A stretch of DNA of 26,907 nt from a virus (Duplodnaviria > Caudoviricetes), in the IMG/VR virus record IMGVR_UViG_3300011335_000666, positions 1 to 26,907 of that record; one strand, written 5' to 3'. Made by a program: the position numbers and the translations under genes. Shown here piece by piece: positions 7,821 through 17,696 of the stretch (within the stretch, counting starts at the first letter, position 1; each line of letters begins with the position of its first letter). Below the pieces are notes generated by a model. The model worked only from the letters and a program-made list of their open reading frames with translations, did not search any database and had not been told where the DNA came from.

Positions 7821-9947
7821 TTATGCTGTCTTTATAAAATCATAGCCATATTGTGGTAAACCATCATGGATTAATGTAAAACTAACTGATACATCTATAT
7901 AAAATGCTAATTTAGCATCTAAATCCCAAGAGGATTGATCCACTGGGTTAAATCCTATATTAGTTATTATTCCTGGTTGGTTTGCTATGTAGTTTCCTAA
8001 TGTTAGATATGTAATTACTCCTCCTAATAATCCTCCTTGGTATTTTCCTGCTGTTATAGAAACTAATTTATTTAATAAGCTATGTTTAGCAGCTAATTCA
8101 CTTTTTTTAAAACAAGGAATAGTAAATGAAAAACTTATACTACGTTTAAACTCATTGAATATATAAAATTTTTCTGCTCTTCCCACATATTTTATATCAT
8201 TCCAAGTACTATCAAAAGTATCTTTATAATCTTTAAGATACGCTAAAAAATTTAAAGATGCAAGAGGACCACCACTAAATGGATCTATAGGTTTAAATAT
8301 TATAGCTAATGTATCTTTATCTACATTTGTATCATTAACTCTGTTAAATACTAATTTAGTACCGGCATTATACTGGTATTTACCTGGTCCCCCTGTATTG
8401 GTATGATTTAAAGGGGTACCTTTAGAGGTTTGACTTTTAACTTTACTTGCTATAGTGCTATATGTCTTTAAATTGGGATTTGTAAAACTATATACTGTTT
8501 GCTCTAAATCTAATTGATCTAATCCATTATTGCTAACTAATGGATAACTAGAAGGACCATTTTTGACTAAATCATTTTTATTATCTATTGTAGGTAGCCC
8601 TGAGTCTCTACTATGAGATCCGGTATCTGCATTTGAAGCAGTAAAAAAAGGGATTGGTGTACCTGGTACTATTTGAGTTGGTAAATCAGTAAAATCTCTA
8701 TTTGAGAATACAGATTTTGTTCTATTAGATAATTCATAATCAACAGTACTTGTTGTTTTTAATTCATCTATTGTTTCTCTTGATAATCCACCCTTTAGGT
8801 TTGGTTTATCATCCTTTTTAGCATCAAATTTAAGAAATGGAGTATTATCATTAATAGTAGTAGTATTACCACCTTCACCTCCAAAATTAATTAGATTAAA
8901 TGTTTTACCTCCATTATATATAGAACCTGATAGATTTGATATTCCAAAATCTGATGTTTTTATTATCTTTACAGTATCTTTAGTTACTCTAGAGTTACCA
9001 GCATAATCACTACTGTTTTGTAAAGATTGAGAAGTTGGATTATTAGTAGTGCTATATACAGATTGATCAACAGCTTTTGCTAATTCATTTGGATCAGTAA
9101 CAGTATCATAAAATATATCTGTTAACCCTCTATTACTATATTCAACTCCTCCTATATGTTGAGTTTTATTCTTTTGGCTTCTTTTATTTCTTTGCCCTAA
9201 ACCACTAGACACACCACCATTATATGTGTCGGGGTTAATGTATGTAAATGGTTGTCTTTGTCCATCAACTAAAGGAAACCCAGCACTGTCATTTGAATAA
9301 TCTACTATTATGCCTTTATATCCTGGAGTTTGTGCTCTAAGGATTAATGTGTTGCCTATTCCGTAAGTTGATCCTGGTCCTCCTACATATTTGTTTATTA
9401 CTGTTTCGGATGGATCAACTACTACTTTATTTATTAATTTTAATAATCTATTATTTTTGCTATCATCACGAAGATTATTAGCTGTAACTACAGATTCATA
9501 ATAAGTATCAGGATCATTAATAGGTAATATTCCATGTCTTACTATATGTTCTCCAAACGCGGTTAACGGTACTTGAGCTAATGTATTAATACCTAAGTTA
9601 TAAATACGAGATGGACCTATATATCTTTCAGTAGTATCACCTTTTCTTTCTAATTGTGGATTAGACAATTGTAGGCCCACTTGTTTAACTAAAAACAATG
9701 GACCTTTAGGAGGATCAGTAAAAAATTTAGCAATGCGAAGGGTGTCCGTAGCAGCGGCATTTTGTGCTGCTACCATTCCTCCACGAACAAGACCATCATC
9801 GTATAAGGTTAAATTGGCGCCACCAAAAGTGGCATCAACTGTTCTTATATCAGTTTGAATGTAGGGCTGACCGCTACTCCCACCGTTAGGACGGTCCTGT
9901 CCGTACTTAAGAGACTTAAGATCGGTTTGTAGGTCTAATAATCCCAT
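7821..9947 (-). CDS. Baseplate / tail tube initiator-like structural protein
   Basis: 708 aa; C-terminal region (DTFDSTWNDIKYVGRAEKFYIFNEFKRSISFSF...LTLGNYI...GIITNI) resembles tube-like initiator domains of contractile tails; lies between tape measure and LysM genes. Confidence 0.62.
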   Translation of the reverse strand: MGLLDLQTDLKSLKYGQDRPNGGSSGQPYIQTDIRTVDATFGGANLTLYDDGLVRGGMVAAQNAAATDTLRIAKFFTDPPKGPLFLVKQVGLQLSNPQLERKGDTTERYIGPSRIYNLGINTLAQVPLTAFGEHIVRHGILPINDPDTYYESVVTANNLRDDSKNNRLLKLINKVVVDPSETVINKYVGGPGSTYGIGNTLILRAQTPGYKGIIVDYSNDSAGFPLVDGQRQPFTYINPDTYNGGVSSGLGQRNKRSQKNKTQHIGGVEYSNRGLTDIFYDTVTDPNELAKAVDQSVYSTTNNPTSQSLQNSSDYAGNSRVTKDTVKIIKTSDFGISNLSGSIYNGGKTFNLINFGGEGGNTTTINDNTPFLKFDAKKDDKPNLKGGLSRETIDELKTTSTVDYELSNRTKSVFSNRDFTDLPTQIVPGTPIPFFTASNADTGSHSRDSGLPTIDNKNDLVKNGPSSYPLVSNNGLDQLDLEQTVYSFTNPNLKTYSTIASKVKSQTSKGTPLNHTNTGGPGKYQYNAGTKLVFNRVNDTNVDKDTLAIIFKPIDPFSGGPLASLNFLAYLKDYKDTFDSTWNDIKYVGRAEKFYIFNEFKRSISFSFTIPCFKKSELAAKHSLLNKLVSITAGKYQGGLLGGVITYLTLGNYIANQPGIITNIGFNPVDQSSWDLDAKLAFYIDVSVSFTLIHDGLPQYGYDFIKTA

Positions 9948-9962
9948 TTTATTGTTTAGATA

Positions 9963-10328
9963 TTAATATCTTCCTGGTTGAGGGCCTAAGTCTTTATATC
10001 TTCTTCCAGATGCTGACTTATAGATTTGAGAAACAACTCCACCTAATCCTGCTTGGAAATTATTTGGAGCAATTGGATCCATTTCATCTAATGTTGATGG
10101 ACTTTTAACAGCTGTTGCACCACCAAGTGCTAAACGGTTAAAATCCTGAACACGTAAATTAGGGTCGCCATATGTTGAATATTCATCGTGTAATTTACTC
10201 AAATCAGGTGCTAATTCTCCTGTATAATCAGGAAATCCCCATCCTTGTTGGTTAGGATTTACATCAAATCCATTACCTACTAAACTTAATACGCTTTGTC
10301 CATCTTGGAACATGTCAAGTAATGCCAT
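9963..10328 (-). CDS. Hypothetical virion protein
   Basis: 121-aa ORF in the tail operon, preceded by the ATATTTAT motif; starts MALLD, similar to the MGLLD start of the next gene. Confidence 0.6.
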   Translation of the reverse strand: MALLDMFQDGQSVLSLVGNGFDVNPNQQGWGFPDYTGELAPDLSKLHDEYSTYGDPNLRVQDFNRLALGGATAVKSPSTLDEMDPIAPNNFQAGLGGVVSQIYKSASGRRYKDLGPQPGRY

Positions 10329-10370
10329 GTGTTTAAAATTTAATTTTTAATAAAATATTTTATTACAATA

Positions 10371-10378
10371 ATAAATAT
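10371..10378 (-). promoter_or_regulatory. ATATTTAT late-promoter-like motif
   Basis: Exact copy in the intergenic region just after the tape measure stop. Confidence 0.55.
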
Positions 10379-10382
10379 GTAA

Positions 10383-13300
10383 TTAAGCCACTTTATACGA
10401 TCCTTGTGTTAAAGTTGTACCTACTTTTGTACCATCCATATTAATTGATGTATTTTTATTGTATAATTTATTTACAGCATCACGTACTTCATTAATAGCT
10501 GCTACCATTGGTGATAAATCAGTATTTGATTGAAGGGTTGATGTTTGAATTGTTGATGATGTAGATGTATTAGTACTTGTTGTACCTGATGGTACTGATA
10601 TTGGAGTTGTTGTTACAGATGGTGAAGATGTTTCACTTTCTCCTATAGCACTTGTTATTTTACTGAATACACTACTGAAAAGACCAGTAATACCACTGCC
10701 ACTGCCTATCTCTGATATTTTTTCTAATTTAGAAATATCTAATGAATTTAAAGCGGATGCTAGTTGTGTTATAGAGTTAGCCATTAACTGAAGACCAGTT
10801 GCTGCTGCGACAATACCATCAGCAGAGGCTGCTATATCTTGTATCATTTTAGATGGACTACTACCTCCTAAAAGACTACCAAGTGCAGACATTACACCTC
10901 CTGCTCCTAAATACATTATAGCTTCACCTATTGTTTTTAATGCAGGGGCTACAGCATCTAATTTAGTAGCGTCTAGTTCACTTAGTTGTTGGAATAATTG
11001 GGATATACCTGCTCCACCTTCTGATACTACTTTTAATCCTTGTCCTAGTACCATCATTGCCGCTCCTAAAGCAATCATAGCTACTATACCAGCACCAAAT
11101 ATAAAAGCTCCAGGTCCCATCATTAATGCACCTAAACCAAGTACTGCTAATCCAAACATAACTAAACCAGCTCCTGCTGCTAATATATTTTCCATTTTTA
11201 CATCTGCTAGCATACTTAATGCAAATGTAAATGGTATTAAAGAAGCGCCAAATAAAGCGATTGCTACTGCTCCCTTTATTAAATTACCATACGACACGTT
11301 TTCCGAAAATCCTTTTATACCTTTACCTACACCGGTTAATGTTTTTTCTATTGAATCACCATTAACAAATTGTAATAATAATAAAGCAGGAACAGCAACA
11401 GCAAATGCTGCTAAAGCAATTCCTCCAAATAATAATTTAACTAAAGCTCCGGCAGATGCATTTTCACCAAAAGCACCAATGCCTTTAGCAATACCTTCCA
11501 TTGATTTTTGGAATTTCTTACCATCAACTAATTCTATTAATTTAGCACCTGCTACACCAGGAATCATCGCTACAAGTCCTACTGAAGCAGTAATTAGAGC
11601 TAATGAACCTAAAAGTACAGTTCCAGTACCCATAGATGATATACCTTCTGCAAGACTAGATAATGAATCTTTTAGTTTTTTACCATTTATCTGCTCAATT
11701 GCTTTGGCACCTAATACTCCTGGTATCATTGCTGTTAAGCCAACAGAAACAGTAACTAGGGCTAATGAACCTAATAATACACTTCCTGTTCCTAATGCGC
11801 CTATACCCTCAGCTAAACTAGTTAAATTATCTTTTAATTTTTTACTATTTATTTGTGCAACTATTGTAGCGCCAATAGCACCTGGTATCATTGCTGTTAA
11901 GCCAACAGATGCTAATACCATATTTAATGCACCTAATGCTACATTACCTTTACCAAATGACTCAATACCAGCTGAAATTCCTTCCATTGCTTTTTGGAAT
12001 TTTTTGCTGTCAATTTGTGATATAAGTTTAGCACCAATAGTACCTGGTATCATTGCTGTGAGGCCTACTGCTGCAATAACCATATTTAATGCACCTAATG
12101 CTACTTTATTTTTTCCAAATGATTCAATTCCTATAGCAATACCTTCCATTGATTTTTGGAATTTCTTACCATCAACTTGCGTTATAACTTTAGCACCTAT
12201 TGCACCAGGTATCATAGCAGTTAATCCTACTGCTGCTACAAGCATATTTGCCGCTCCTAATAATAGGTTAGCTTTACCAAACGATTCAATACCACTTGAT
12301 ATAGCTTTTAATGATTCTTTAAGTTTTTTACCATCTATACTACTAAGTATTCTAGCACCTATTGCACCAGGTATCATTGCTGTTAAACCGGCAGATGCTA
12401 CTACTAAGTTTAATGAACCTAATAATACATTGTTTTTACCAAATTCAACAAGACCTGCTGCTATACCTTTTAATGCTTCTTTTACTTTTTTACCATCAAC
12501 AGTATCAAGTATTTTAGCACCAATTGCACCAGGTATCATTGCTGTTAAGCCAAGCGATGCTGGTATTAGGTTTAATGCTCCTAATAATACTTTTACATCA
12601 GCAAATTCTTTAAGACCTGCTGCTATATCCTTCATTTTGGATTTGAAGCTCTTTCCACCACCACCTTTACCTATCTTGTCCGCTTTTCCCGATGCAGATT
12701 CTGCTTTATTTGTTAAATCATCTGGTTTAGTTTCTGTTACTTTTTCAGCTAATTCTTTACCTTTTGATTTACCACCAGTAAATATTCCTTTCACTTTATC
12801 TGTAAAGCCTTTTATTCCACCACCACTAAATGCATCTTTAATTGATTTTCCTATGCCTCCAAAGCTAGATGATATTTTACCTGATAACAAATATATACCT
12901 GTAAGACCAGCTATTATTCCTCCAAAAGGTGTTGAAGCGAAATCTGATATAGCTTCAGCTGCAGATGCTATAACATTAAATACAGGGCTAAGGAAGCTTA
13001 AAAGTTTCATTGCTACTCCAACCATATTTGCTAAAGCATCTAATAATTGCCCTACAGGACCCGCTACAAGATTACCAATAATATCTTGCAATTTTGTCAT
13101 TGCATCAGCAAACTTATCTTGAGCAGAACGTTGTTGTTCCTGGTATTGTACATATTCAGCGGCAGACATATTTCTGCGCTTCATTTCTTCTAGTTGTTCT
13201 TTGTTAAGAGTAGCTGCTTCTTTTCCGTATTTATTTACAGCTTCTTGCTTCATTAACATTTCAGACATTTCCTCTCTACTCATACCAAAAGCTTCTGCTA

Positions 13301-15311
13301 ATGATTGTTGAGCAAGAACGTTCATGTTCTGGTAGTCGTTTAATGTGCCTACTTGTTCGCCTATTTCTTTTGTTAATGCTGCTTGGTCACCTGCTAAAGC
13401 TGCTGCTCTAGCTCTTTCTAAATTTAACTGCTTGCCAGTCATTAACTCAGCTTTTAATTCATTTTCTATAGATGATTCAAAGTTAAGTAATGAGTCTCCT
13501 GTTTTCCCTACTTGCTCTAAAGTAAGTCCTAATTTTTTAGCTTCAACAACAGTAGCGGCGATTGCTTTAGGATTACCTTGAAATTTAATTAATGTACCAG
13601 CACTTAATTTAGAAATATCTTGCATCACTTCCTTCATAGAGAAGTGAGTCTTGGTAGCTTGCATAGCACTAAATGCTCCTTCTCTTATACCATCAGTATA
13701 AGCTTCAGTTGACATTCCTGCGGCTGCAGATGCTTGAGCAAGTTTACCAGCTTCTTGTGCTGATAAACCAGTTAATTCTGTTAATTTAGCGAATGTAACT
13801 AATTCTTCATTGCTGTATTTAACAGCCATACCCATTTCTTGGGATAATTCTGTTTGGGCTTTTAATAATCTATCTGTATTAACAAATGTATCACCGGTTT
13901 CTCTAGAAAATTGTGCTACTTCTTGTCTTATATCTTCTGCTGCTTTAGCACTTATTCCAAATGATTTTCCTAATTCAACTACTTGTTTATTTGCTTTAAA
14001 TCCTAAACCAACAAGAGTAGTCATTAAAGTAATAGGATCTGAGAATAGTTTTTTAATGCCTCCTGCTGCATTGGTAATGAATACCCCTAAAGCCTCAAAT
14101 TTATTGCCTAAAGTATTAACAGAAGCGACAGCAGCTGTTTTAATATCAGCTTCTTTTATATCTAAATTTAATAGATCTTGTTCAATTTTCTTTTCATTAT
14201 TAAGAAGATCATTCTTTTTCTGTAATTGCTTTAATTCAAGATCAGAAATTTGGCTATGCTTTAAAGTAAGGTCATTTATTTGTCTTTTAAGATCTTCTTC
14301 ATCTTGTATTAGCTGCATATATTCTGCCCTATCAGCAGCTTCACCTTCTTGAATTTTTCTTTGTATTTCAGCTAATTGATTTCCTAAAATCCTTGCTTGG
14401 TTGCCAGCTTCAATAGCATCATTAATTTGTCTTTGTATATCTGCTATTTCTCCTTGTATACCTAAAGAACTATTTAATATATTTATTCTTTGTTCCTCTA
14501 TTTGTTTTATTTGTGCAAGAACAGATTCGCTTTTTAAAGCATCATCAATTAATTTTTTATTAAATTTTTCAACTTCTTCTTTTGCTTCACTTATATCTAA
14601 AAAACTAGCTAAATTTTGACCAAACTTTTCAAGTATAGAAGCAGCGGCTCCTGCTACACCATTTAACTCTGTTCTTGTTTTGAATATTTGTTTTGATATT
14701 TCTAATTCTTTATTTAAAAGGGGTATACCTTCTTTTAAAGCATTATTAGCAGCATCAAGTAATGATTTTTCCTTTTTTAATTGTTCAAGAAGAGTTTCTT
14801 GTGCTTTATTTAATTTAACTCCGTCTTTATTTTGTAAATCTAATAATTGATTTAATCTTGCCTGGTTGTTATATGTTACACCATCAAGAGATAATTTTTT
14901 TGTTATAGTCTCTAATTCAAGTTGACTTTGTGCTATTTTTTGTGTATTCCTTTTAAGATCTCTTTCACTTAAATCAGATATTCCTCTTTGCTGATAGTTA
15001 AAATCTTCAGCTAAACTAGTTAAAGATTTAAAAACAGATTTACCAGCGTCTAATAATAAATTTTGATCTTTTAATTCGGCTGTAGTTTCTCTAAAACTAT
15101 TAAATAAATAATCTGATTTATTAGTTATGTCATTTAATATATCTTCAAGTCTTTTTGTTTCTGTATTTAGGTCACCAGCAGCCCTAGCAGCATCTGCTTT
15201 TAATTTTGCTTGTTGAGCAGTTAAACCGTTTGCATTTTGTAGCAATTCGATGTACCTAGCATATAGCGCATTTTGTTTGGCTTGTTCTTCTGGTGTTAGA
15301 TTTTGCGGCAT
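10383..15311 (-). CDS. Tail tape measure protein
   Basis: 1642 aa, Ala/Leu/Gly-rich and helical, with coiled-coil N-terminus and internal repeats; located after tube and chaperone genes and before baseplate genes; C-terminal INMDGTKVG motif. Confidence 0.9.
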   Translation of the reverse strand: MPQNLTPEEQAKQNALYARYIELLQNANGLTAQQAKLKADAARAAGDLNTETKRLEDILNDITNKSDYLFNSFRETTAELKDQNLLLDAGKSVFKSLTSLAEDFNYQQRGISDLSERDLKRNTQKIAQSQLELETITKKLSLDGVTYNNQARLNQLLDLQNKDGVKLNKAQETLLEQLKKEKSLLDAANNALKEGIPLLNKELEISKQIFKTRTELNGVAGAAASILEKFGQNLASFLDISEAKEEVEKFNKKLIDDALKSESVLAQIKQIEEQRINILNSSLGIQGEIADIQRQINDAIEAGNQARILGNQLAEIQRKIQEGEAADRAEYMQLIQDEEDLKRQINDLTLKHSQISDLELKQLQKKNDLLNNEKKIEQDLLNLDIKEADIKTAAVASVNTLGNKFEALGVFITNAAGGIKKLFSDPITLMTTLVGLGFKANKQVVELGKSFGISAKAAEDIRQEVAQFSRETGDTFVNTDRLLKAQTELSQEMGMAVKYSNEELVTFAKLTELTGLSAQEAGKLAQASAAAGMSTEAYTDGIREGAFSAMQATKTHFSMKEVMQDISKLSAGTLIKFQGNPKAIAATVVEAKKLGLTLEQVGKTGDSLLNFESSIENELKAELMTGKQLNLERARAAALAGDQAALTKEIGEQVGTLNDYQNMNVLAQQSLAEAFGMSREEMSEMLMKQEAVNKYGKEAATLNKEQLEEMKRRNMSAAEYVQYQEQQRSAQDKFADAMTKLQDIIGNLVAGPVGQLLDALANMVGVAMKLLSFLSPVFNVIASAAEAISDFASTPFGGIIAGLTGIYLLSGKISSSFGGIGKSIKDAFSGGGIKGFTDKVKGIFTGGKSKGKELAEKVTETKPDDLTNKAESASGKADKIGKGGGGKSFKSKMKDIAAGLKEFADVKVLLGALNLIPASLGLTAMIPGAIGAKILDTVDGKKVKEALKGIAAGLVEFGKNNVLLGSLNLVVASAGLTAMIPGAIGARILSSIDGKKLKESLKAISSGIESFGKANLLLGAANMLVAAVGLTAMIPGAIGAKVITQVDGKKFQKSMEGIAIGIESFGKNKVALGALNMVIAAVGLTAMIPGTIGAKLISQIDSKKFQKAMEGISAGIESFGKGNVALGALNMVLASVGLTAMIPGAIGATIVAQINSKKLKDNLTSLAEGIGALGTGSVLLGSLALVTVSVGLTAMIPGVLGAKAIEQINGKKLKDSLSSLAEGISSMGTGTVLLGSLALITASVGLVAMIPGVAGAKLIELVDGKKFQKSMEGIAKGIGAFGENASAGALVKLLFGGIALAAFAVAVPALLLLQFVNGDSIEKTLTGVGKGIKGFSENVSYGNLIKGAVAIALFGASLIPFTFALSMLADVKMENILAAGAGLVMFGLAVLGLGALMMGPGAFIFGAGIVAMIALGAAMMVLGQGLKVVSEGGAGISQLFQQLSELDATKLDAVAPALKTIGEAIMYLGAGGVMSALGSLLGGSSPSKMIQDIAASADGIVAAATGLQLMANSITQLASALNSLDISKLEKISEIGSGSGITGLFSSVFSKITSAIGESETSSPSVTTTPISVPSGTTSTNTSTSSTIQTSTLQSNTDLSPMVAAINEVRDAVNKLYNKNTSINMDGTKVGTTLTQGSYKVA
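11400..12620 (-). repeat. Seven tandem 54-aa (162-nt) repeats within the tape measure gene
   Basis: GL(T/V)AMIPG recurs seven times; nucleotide anchors at 12531, 12369 and 12207 are 162 nt apart; a degenerate further copy follows. Boundaries are approximate. Confidence 0.9.
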
Positions 15312-15334
15312 ATTGATAACATAATATTATGCAT

Positions 15335-15342
15335 ATAAATAT
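15335..15342 (-). promoter_or_regulatory. ATATTTAT late-promoter-like motif upstream of tape measure
   Basis: Exact copy immediately after the terminator hairpin and 23 nt upstream of the tape measure ATG. Confidence 0.6.
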
Positions 15343-15343
15343 T

Positions 15344-15366
15344 AAAAGCGCCTATTTTCTAGGCGC
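15344..15366 (-). terminator. Rho-independent terminator
   Basis: Minus strand GCGCCTA-GAAAA-TAGGCGC followed by TTTT; overlaps the stop codon of the frameshift ORF. Confidence 0.7.
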
Positions 15367-15633
15367 CTTTGATGTGTATGTTGGACTTTTAGGTGATATG
15401 TTAGGACGAGTTATTTCGCCTTTACTATTACCATTTTTTAGTGTTTTTTGTTGTTTTTCTGCTTCTTCGGCTTCTTTATCGTAGAATTCTTTTATCATAT
15501 TGAATGTAGTTCTACGCAGCCATAGTGGCATATTATAAACAGTATCCCAATCATATCCACCTTTTCCGTGGAATACTATTTCATGGATTTGTTTGAATAT
15601 ATAAACCCTATACTCCGGCGTCAGGCCAAAAAA
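15352..15633 (-). CDS. Tail assembly chaperone extension (GT-type ORF), probably reached by frameshift
   Basis: Not in the ORF track. 93 sense codons in the +1 frame from the T7 run: FFGLTPEYRVYIFKQIHEIVFHGKGGYDWDTVYNMPLWLRRTTFNMIKEFYDKEAEEAEKQQK...APRK*. First in-frame ATG is at 15531 (59 aa). Fills the gap between chaperone and tape measure. Confidence 0.75.
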   Translation of the reverse strand, partial: FFGLTPEYRVYIFKQIHEIVFHGKGGYDWDTVYNMPLWLRRTTFNMIKEFYDKEAEEAEKQQKTLKNGNSKGEITRPNISPKSPTYTSKAPRK

Positions 15634-16363
15634 AGTTAACTGAAACTGGAACAGTTATACCCTCCCCTGTATAATCTGCGTCTTCTGGGTAGTATTTAAG
15701 ATCAATATCTGGAGATACTTTAGTGTAATATTCACGTAAAGCTCTAGCTTCAACTGCTAATAAATAATTGTCTACAAACTCACGGATAGATTTTTGATCA
15801 CGATCACCATTAATAGAGGTAATAATGTGTTTTAATCTTGTAGTTACATCTGTTGTAGCATTAGGATTTATTTTTTGCAACCCTTTAATTTCAGCATCAA
15901 TTTTTTTCTCATCTCCATGTGTTAATAACTTAAATGTTATAACATTACCTGATTTAGGTAAACTGAATGAAAATTCATTAATACCTTTTTTAAACAAAGT
16001 TTCATCTACTTTTTTTTCATCTAATTTAGATAAATCAACAACAGCTTCAATTTCTTGTCCATTAGAATTGTACTTAAAAGTATAGTCTTTACCATATCCT
16101 AAAACACGAGCTGCAACTAAGATTGCATTTTTATCCCCTACTAGCAATTCATCATAATTAATAGGAGTAACAATTAGTGATTGTAATAATTTATCAATTA
16201 CAACACCTTGACGAATATAATTAGCATTAGTAAGAATATCTTCTTCTTTTGCTGTCATATACTTCATTTCTACTTCACCTTTAGCAAGGGATGATTCCTT
16301 GTCGTACAATAAACCTTTTGAAGGCAATGTAACTTTTTCTGTCGGTAACTTTAATTCTGCCAT
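15608..16363 (-). CDS. Tail assembly chaperone / T4 gp26-like baseplate hub assembly protein
   Basis: 251 aa with LPSKG..Y, MTAKEEDIL, LLVGDKNAILVAARVLGYG and terminal FFWP motifs of gp26-like proteins; positioned between tube and tape measure genes. Confidence 0.75.
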   Translation of the reverse strand: MAELKLPTEKVTLPSKGLLYDKESSLAKGEVEMKYMTAKEEDILTNANYIRQGVVIDKLLQSLIVTPINYDELLVGDKNAILVAARVLGYGKDYTFKYNSNGQEIEAVVDLSKLDEKKVDETLFKKGINEFSFSLPKSGNVITFKLLTHGDEKKIDAEIKGLQKINPNATTDVTTRLKHIITSINGDRDQKSIREFVDNYLLAVEARALREYYTKVSPDIDLKYYPEDADYTGEGITVPVSVNFFWPDAGV

Positions 16364-16380
16364 AAACGTTTTGTTTTATT

Positions 16381-16542
16381 TTATTTGTTATTTGTTAAGT
16401 GTTTTAATATGTTGCGTACTAATAAAAATCCCACTACACACCAGCCAATCCCTGCTATAAGAGCTAATGATGGATAATCTGCTAATCTTCCCATAGATAA
16501 ACTAAGAAATATTAGTAATATGATGTATATTATATTTTTCAT
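16381..16542 (-). CDS. Small membrane protein (2 predicted TM helices)
   Basis: Start reassigned to MKNII at 16542 because of an ATGA overlap with the upstream stop; 53 aa with two hydrophobic segments. Confidence 0.6.
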   Translation of the reverse strand: MKNIIYIILLIFLSLSMGRLADYPSLALIAGIGWCVVGFLLVRNILKHLTNNK

Positions 16543-16904
16543 AATAATATTAGTATTAGTGATATAAGTAATAATATTGAATGATATGTCCAATATCCTA
16601 CTTTTTCTGGTATTTTATTTGTAAATTGATCTATTATTGATGTTGTGTTTTTACTAATATGTGTTAATTCTTTATCCCTAAAATAATTTAAAGATGTATT
16701 AAATACTGGGATTCTTAGTATTGTCAATCCTGTAATTAGTAGCCAGTTGCTTGTTAATAGGTAAGCTAATGTTAATAAAGCCATATATACTAAGCCATTA
16801 ATACCATGATATATCCTAGTATTTTGTTTTATTTTATTGGCATCGAAATATGCTAAAACCATATTTAATATAACAAATAGTATAAGTAAACCTACTTCCA
16901 TCAT
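16539..16904 (-). CDS. Membrane protein (about 4 hydrophobic segments)
   Basis: 121-aa hydrophobic ORF, tightly packed with neighbours. Confidence 0.65.
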   Translation of the reverse strand: MMEVGLLILFVILNMVLAYFDANKIKQNTRIYHGINGLVYMALLTLAYLLTSNWLLITGLTILRIPVFNTSLNYFRDKELTHISKNTTSIIDQFTNKIPEKVGYWTYHSILLLISLILILL

Positions 16905-16908
16905 TGAT

Positions 16909-17196
16909 TTATATACAATAATTTATGTATAGATTAGCCCAAAACAAATTTACAATAGCAGCAACAAAAAACATGATCCATGTTTGATTAATCTTTGGTT
17001 CTGTACCTTTTAAATCACCAAGATATCTTGGGTTTACACCATATCCTGAAAAGCCATAAGTTATTCCAGATCCAATAAAAGCACTTGCTAATGCTACAAA
17101 TGCAAACCACCAATCATGTGGATGATCAGTTAATAATACGGGAAATGGCATTCCTATTGAGAAAAAAGTACCTATAAGCCATCTTAATTGTTTCAT
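16909..17196 (-). CDS. Membrane protein (about 3 hydrophobic segments)
   Basis: 95-aa hydrophobic, aromatic-rich ORF. Confidence 0.65.
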   Translation of the reverse strand: MKQLRWLIGTFFSIGMPFPVLLTDHPHDWWFAFVALASAFIGSGITYGFSGYGVNPRYLGDLKGTEPKINQTWIMFFVAAIVNLFWANLYINYCI

Positions 17197-17207
17197 ATTA
17201 TTTTATT

Positions 17208-17456
17208 TTACCAATTATAAATATTAATAACGCAATATTTTTCTCCAATAGTAATGATTTCATAAACCGATGAAGGGATTATATCAAAATGTCTTTCATT
17301 ACCACTACAATCATTTTTAATAACAATTGTTTGATAAGGATAAATGGCAGTTGTATTACCATAATCCCAAGTAATAACACCACAATTACAAATCTTTTCT
17401 TTTTTACAACTTACAAAAATTAACATAACAAATATTGCTATAATTAATTTTTTCAT
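17208..17456 (-). CDS. Putative lipoprotein
   Basis: Signal peptide II pattern MKK-hydrophobic-FVSC followed by KKEK; four further Cys residues; ATGA overlap with the upstream gene. Confidence 0.75.
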   Translation of the reverse strand: MKKLIIAIFVMLIFVSCKKEKICNCGVITWDYGNTTAIYPYQTIVIKNDCSGNERHFDIIPSSVYEIITIGEKYCVINIYNW

Positions 17457-17689
17457 TTTGCTACAAGTGTTAATAATACAGGTAATGCACCAAGTACTGT
17501 AAATATAAAGTCTACTAAATCAGGTGTTCCTTTTTTTGAGTATTTATCATACATTTCTTTACCTGCTCCTATAATAACTACAGGAATTAAGGCTGCTGCT
17601 GGTGTTAAAAATAAACTTGCTAAGCAATATATTAATGTACCTGCTATAAAATGATTTGCTTTGTCGACGGGTATTAATAATTTTTCCAT
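17453..17689 (-). CDS. Small membrane protein with DKxxHF motif (VanZ/YfiM-like)
   Basis: Start reassigned to MEKLL at 17689, because the longer GTG start lies in the terminator. Pattern DKANHFIAG...GKEMYD...DLVDFIFTVLG. Confidence 0.65.
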   Translation of the reverse strand: MEKLLIPVDKANHFIAGTLIYCLASLFLTPAAALIPVVIIGAGKEMYDKYSKKGTPDLVDFIFTVLGALPVLLTLVAK

Positions 17690-17696
17690 ATCGTGA

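Noticed and set aside
11479-13122. 547-aa plus-strand ORF with repeats
   Set aside because: Antisense shadow of the tape measure repeat region; its periodicity mirrors the 162-nt repeat and it has no independent expression signals.
16381-17689. Firm holin/spanin assignment for the membrane cassette
   Set aside because: No adjacent endolysin and no i-spanin-like protein with a long periplasmic coiled coil; kept only as a possibility.
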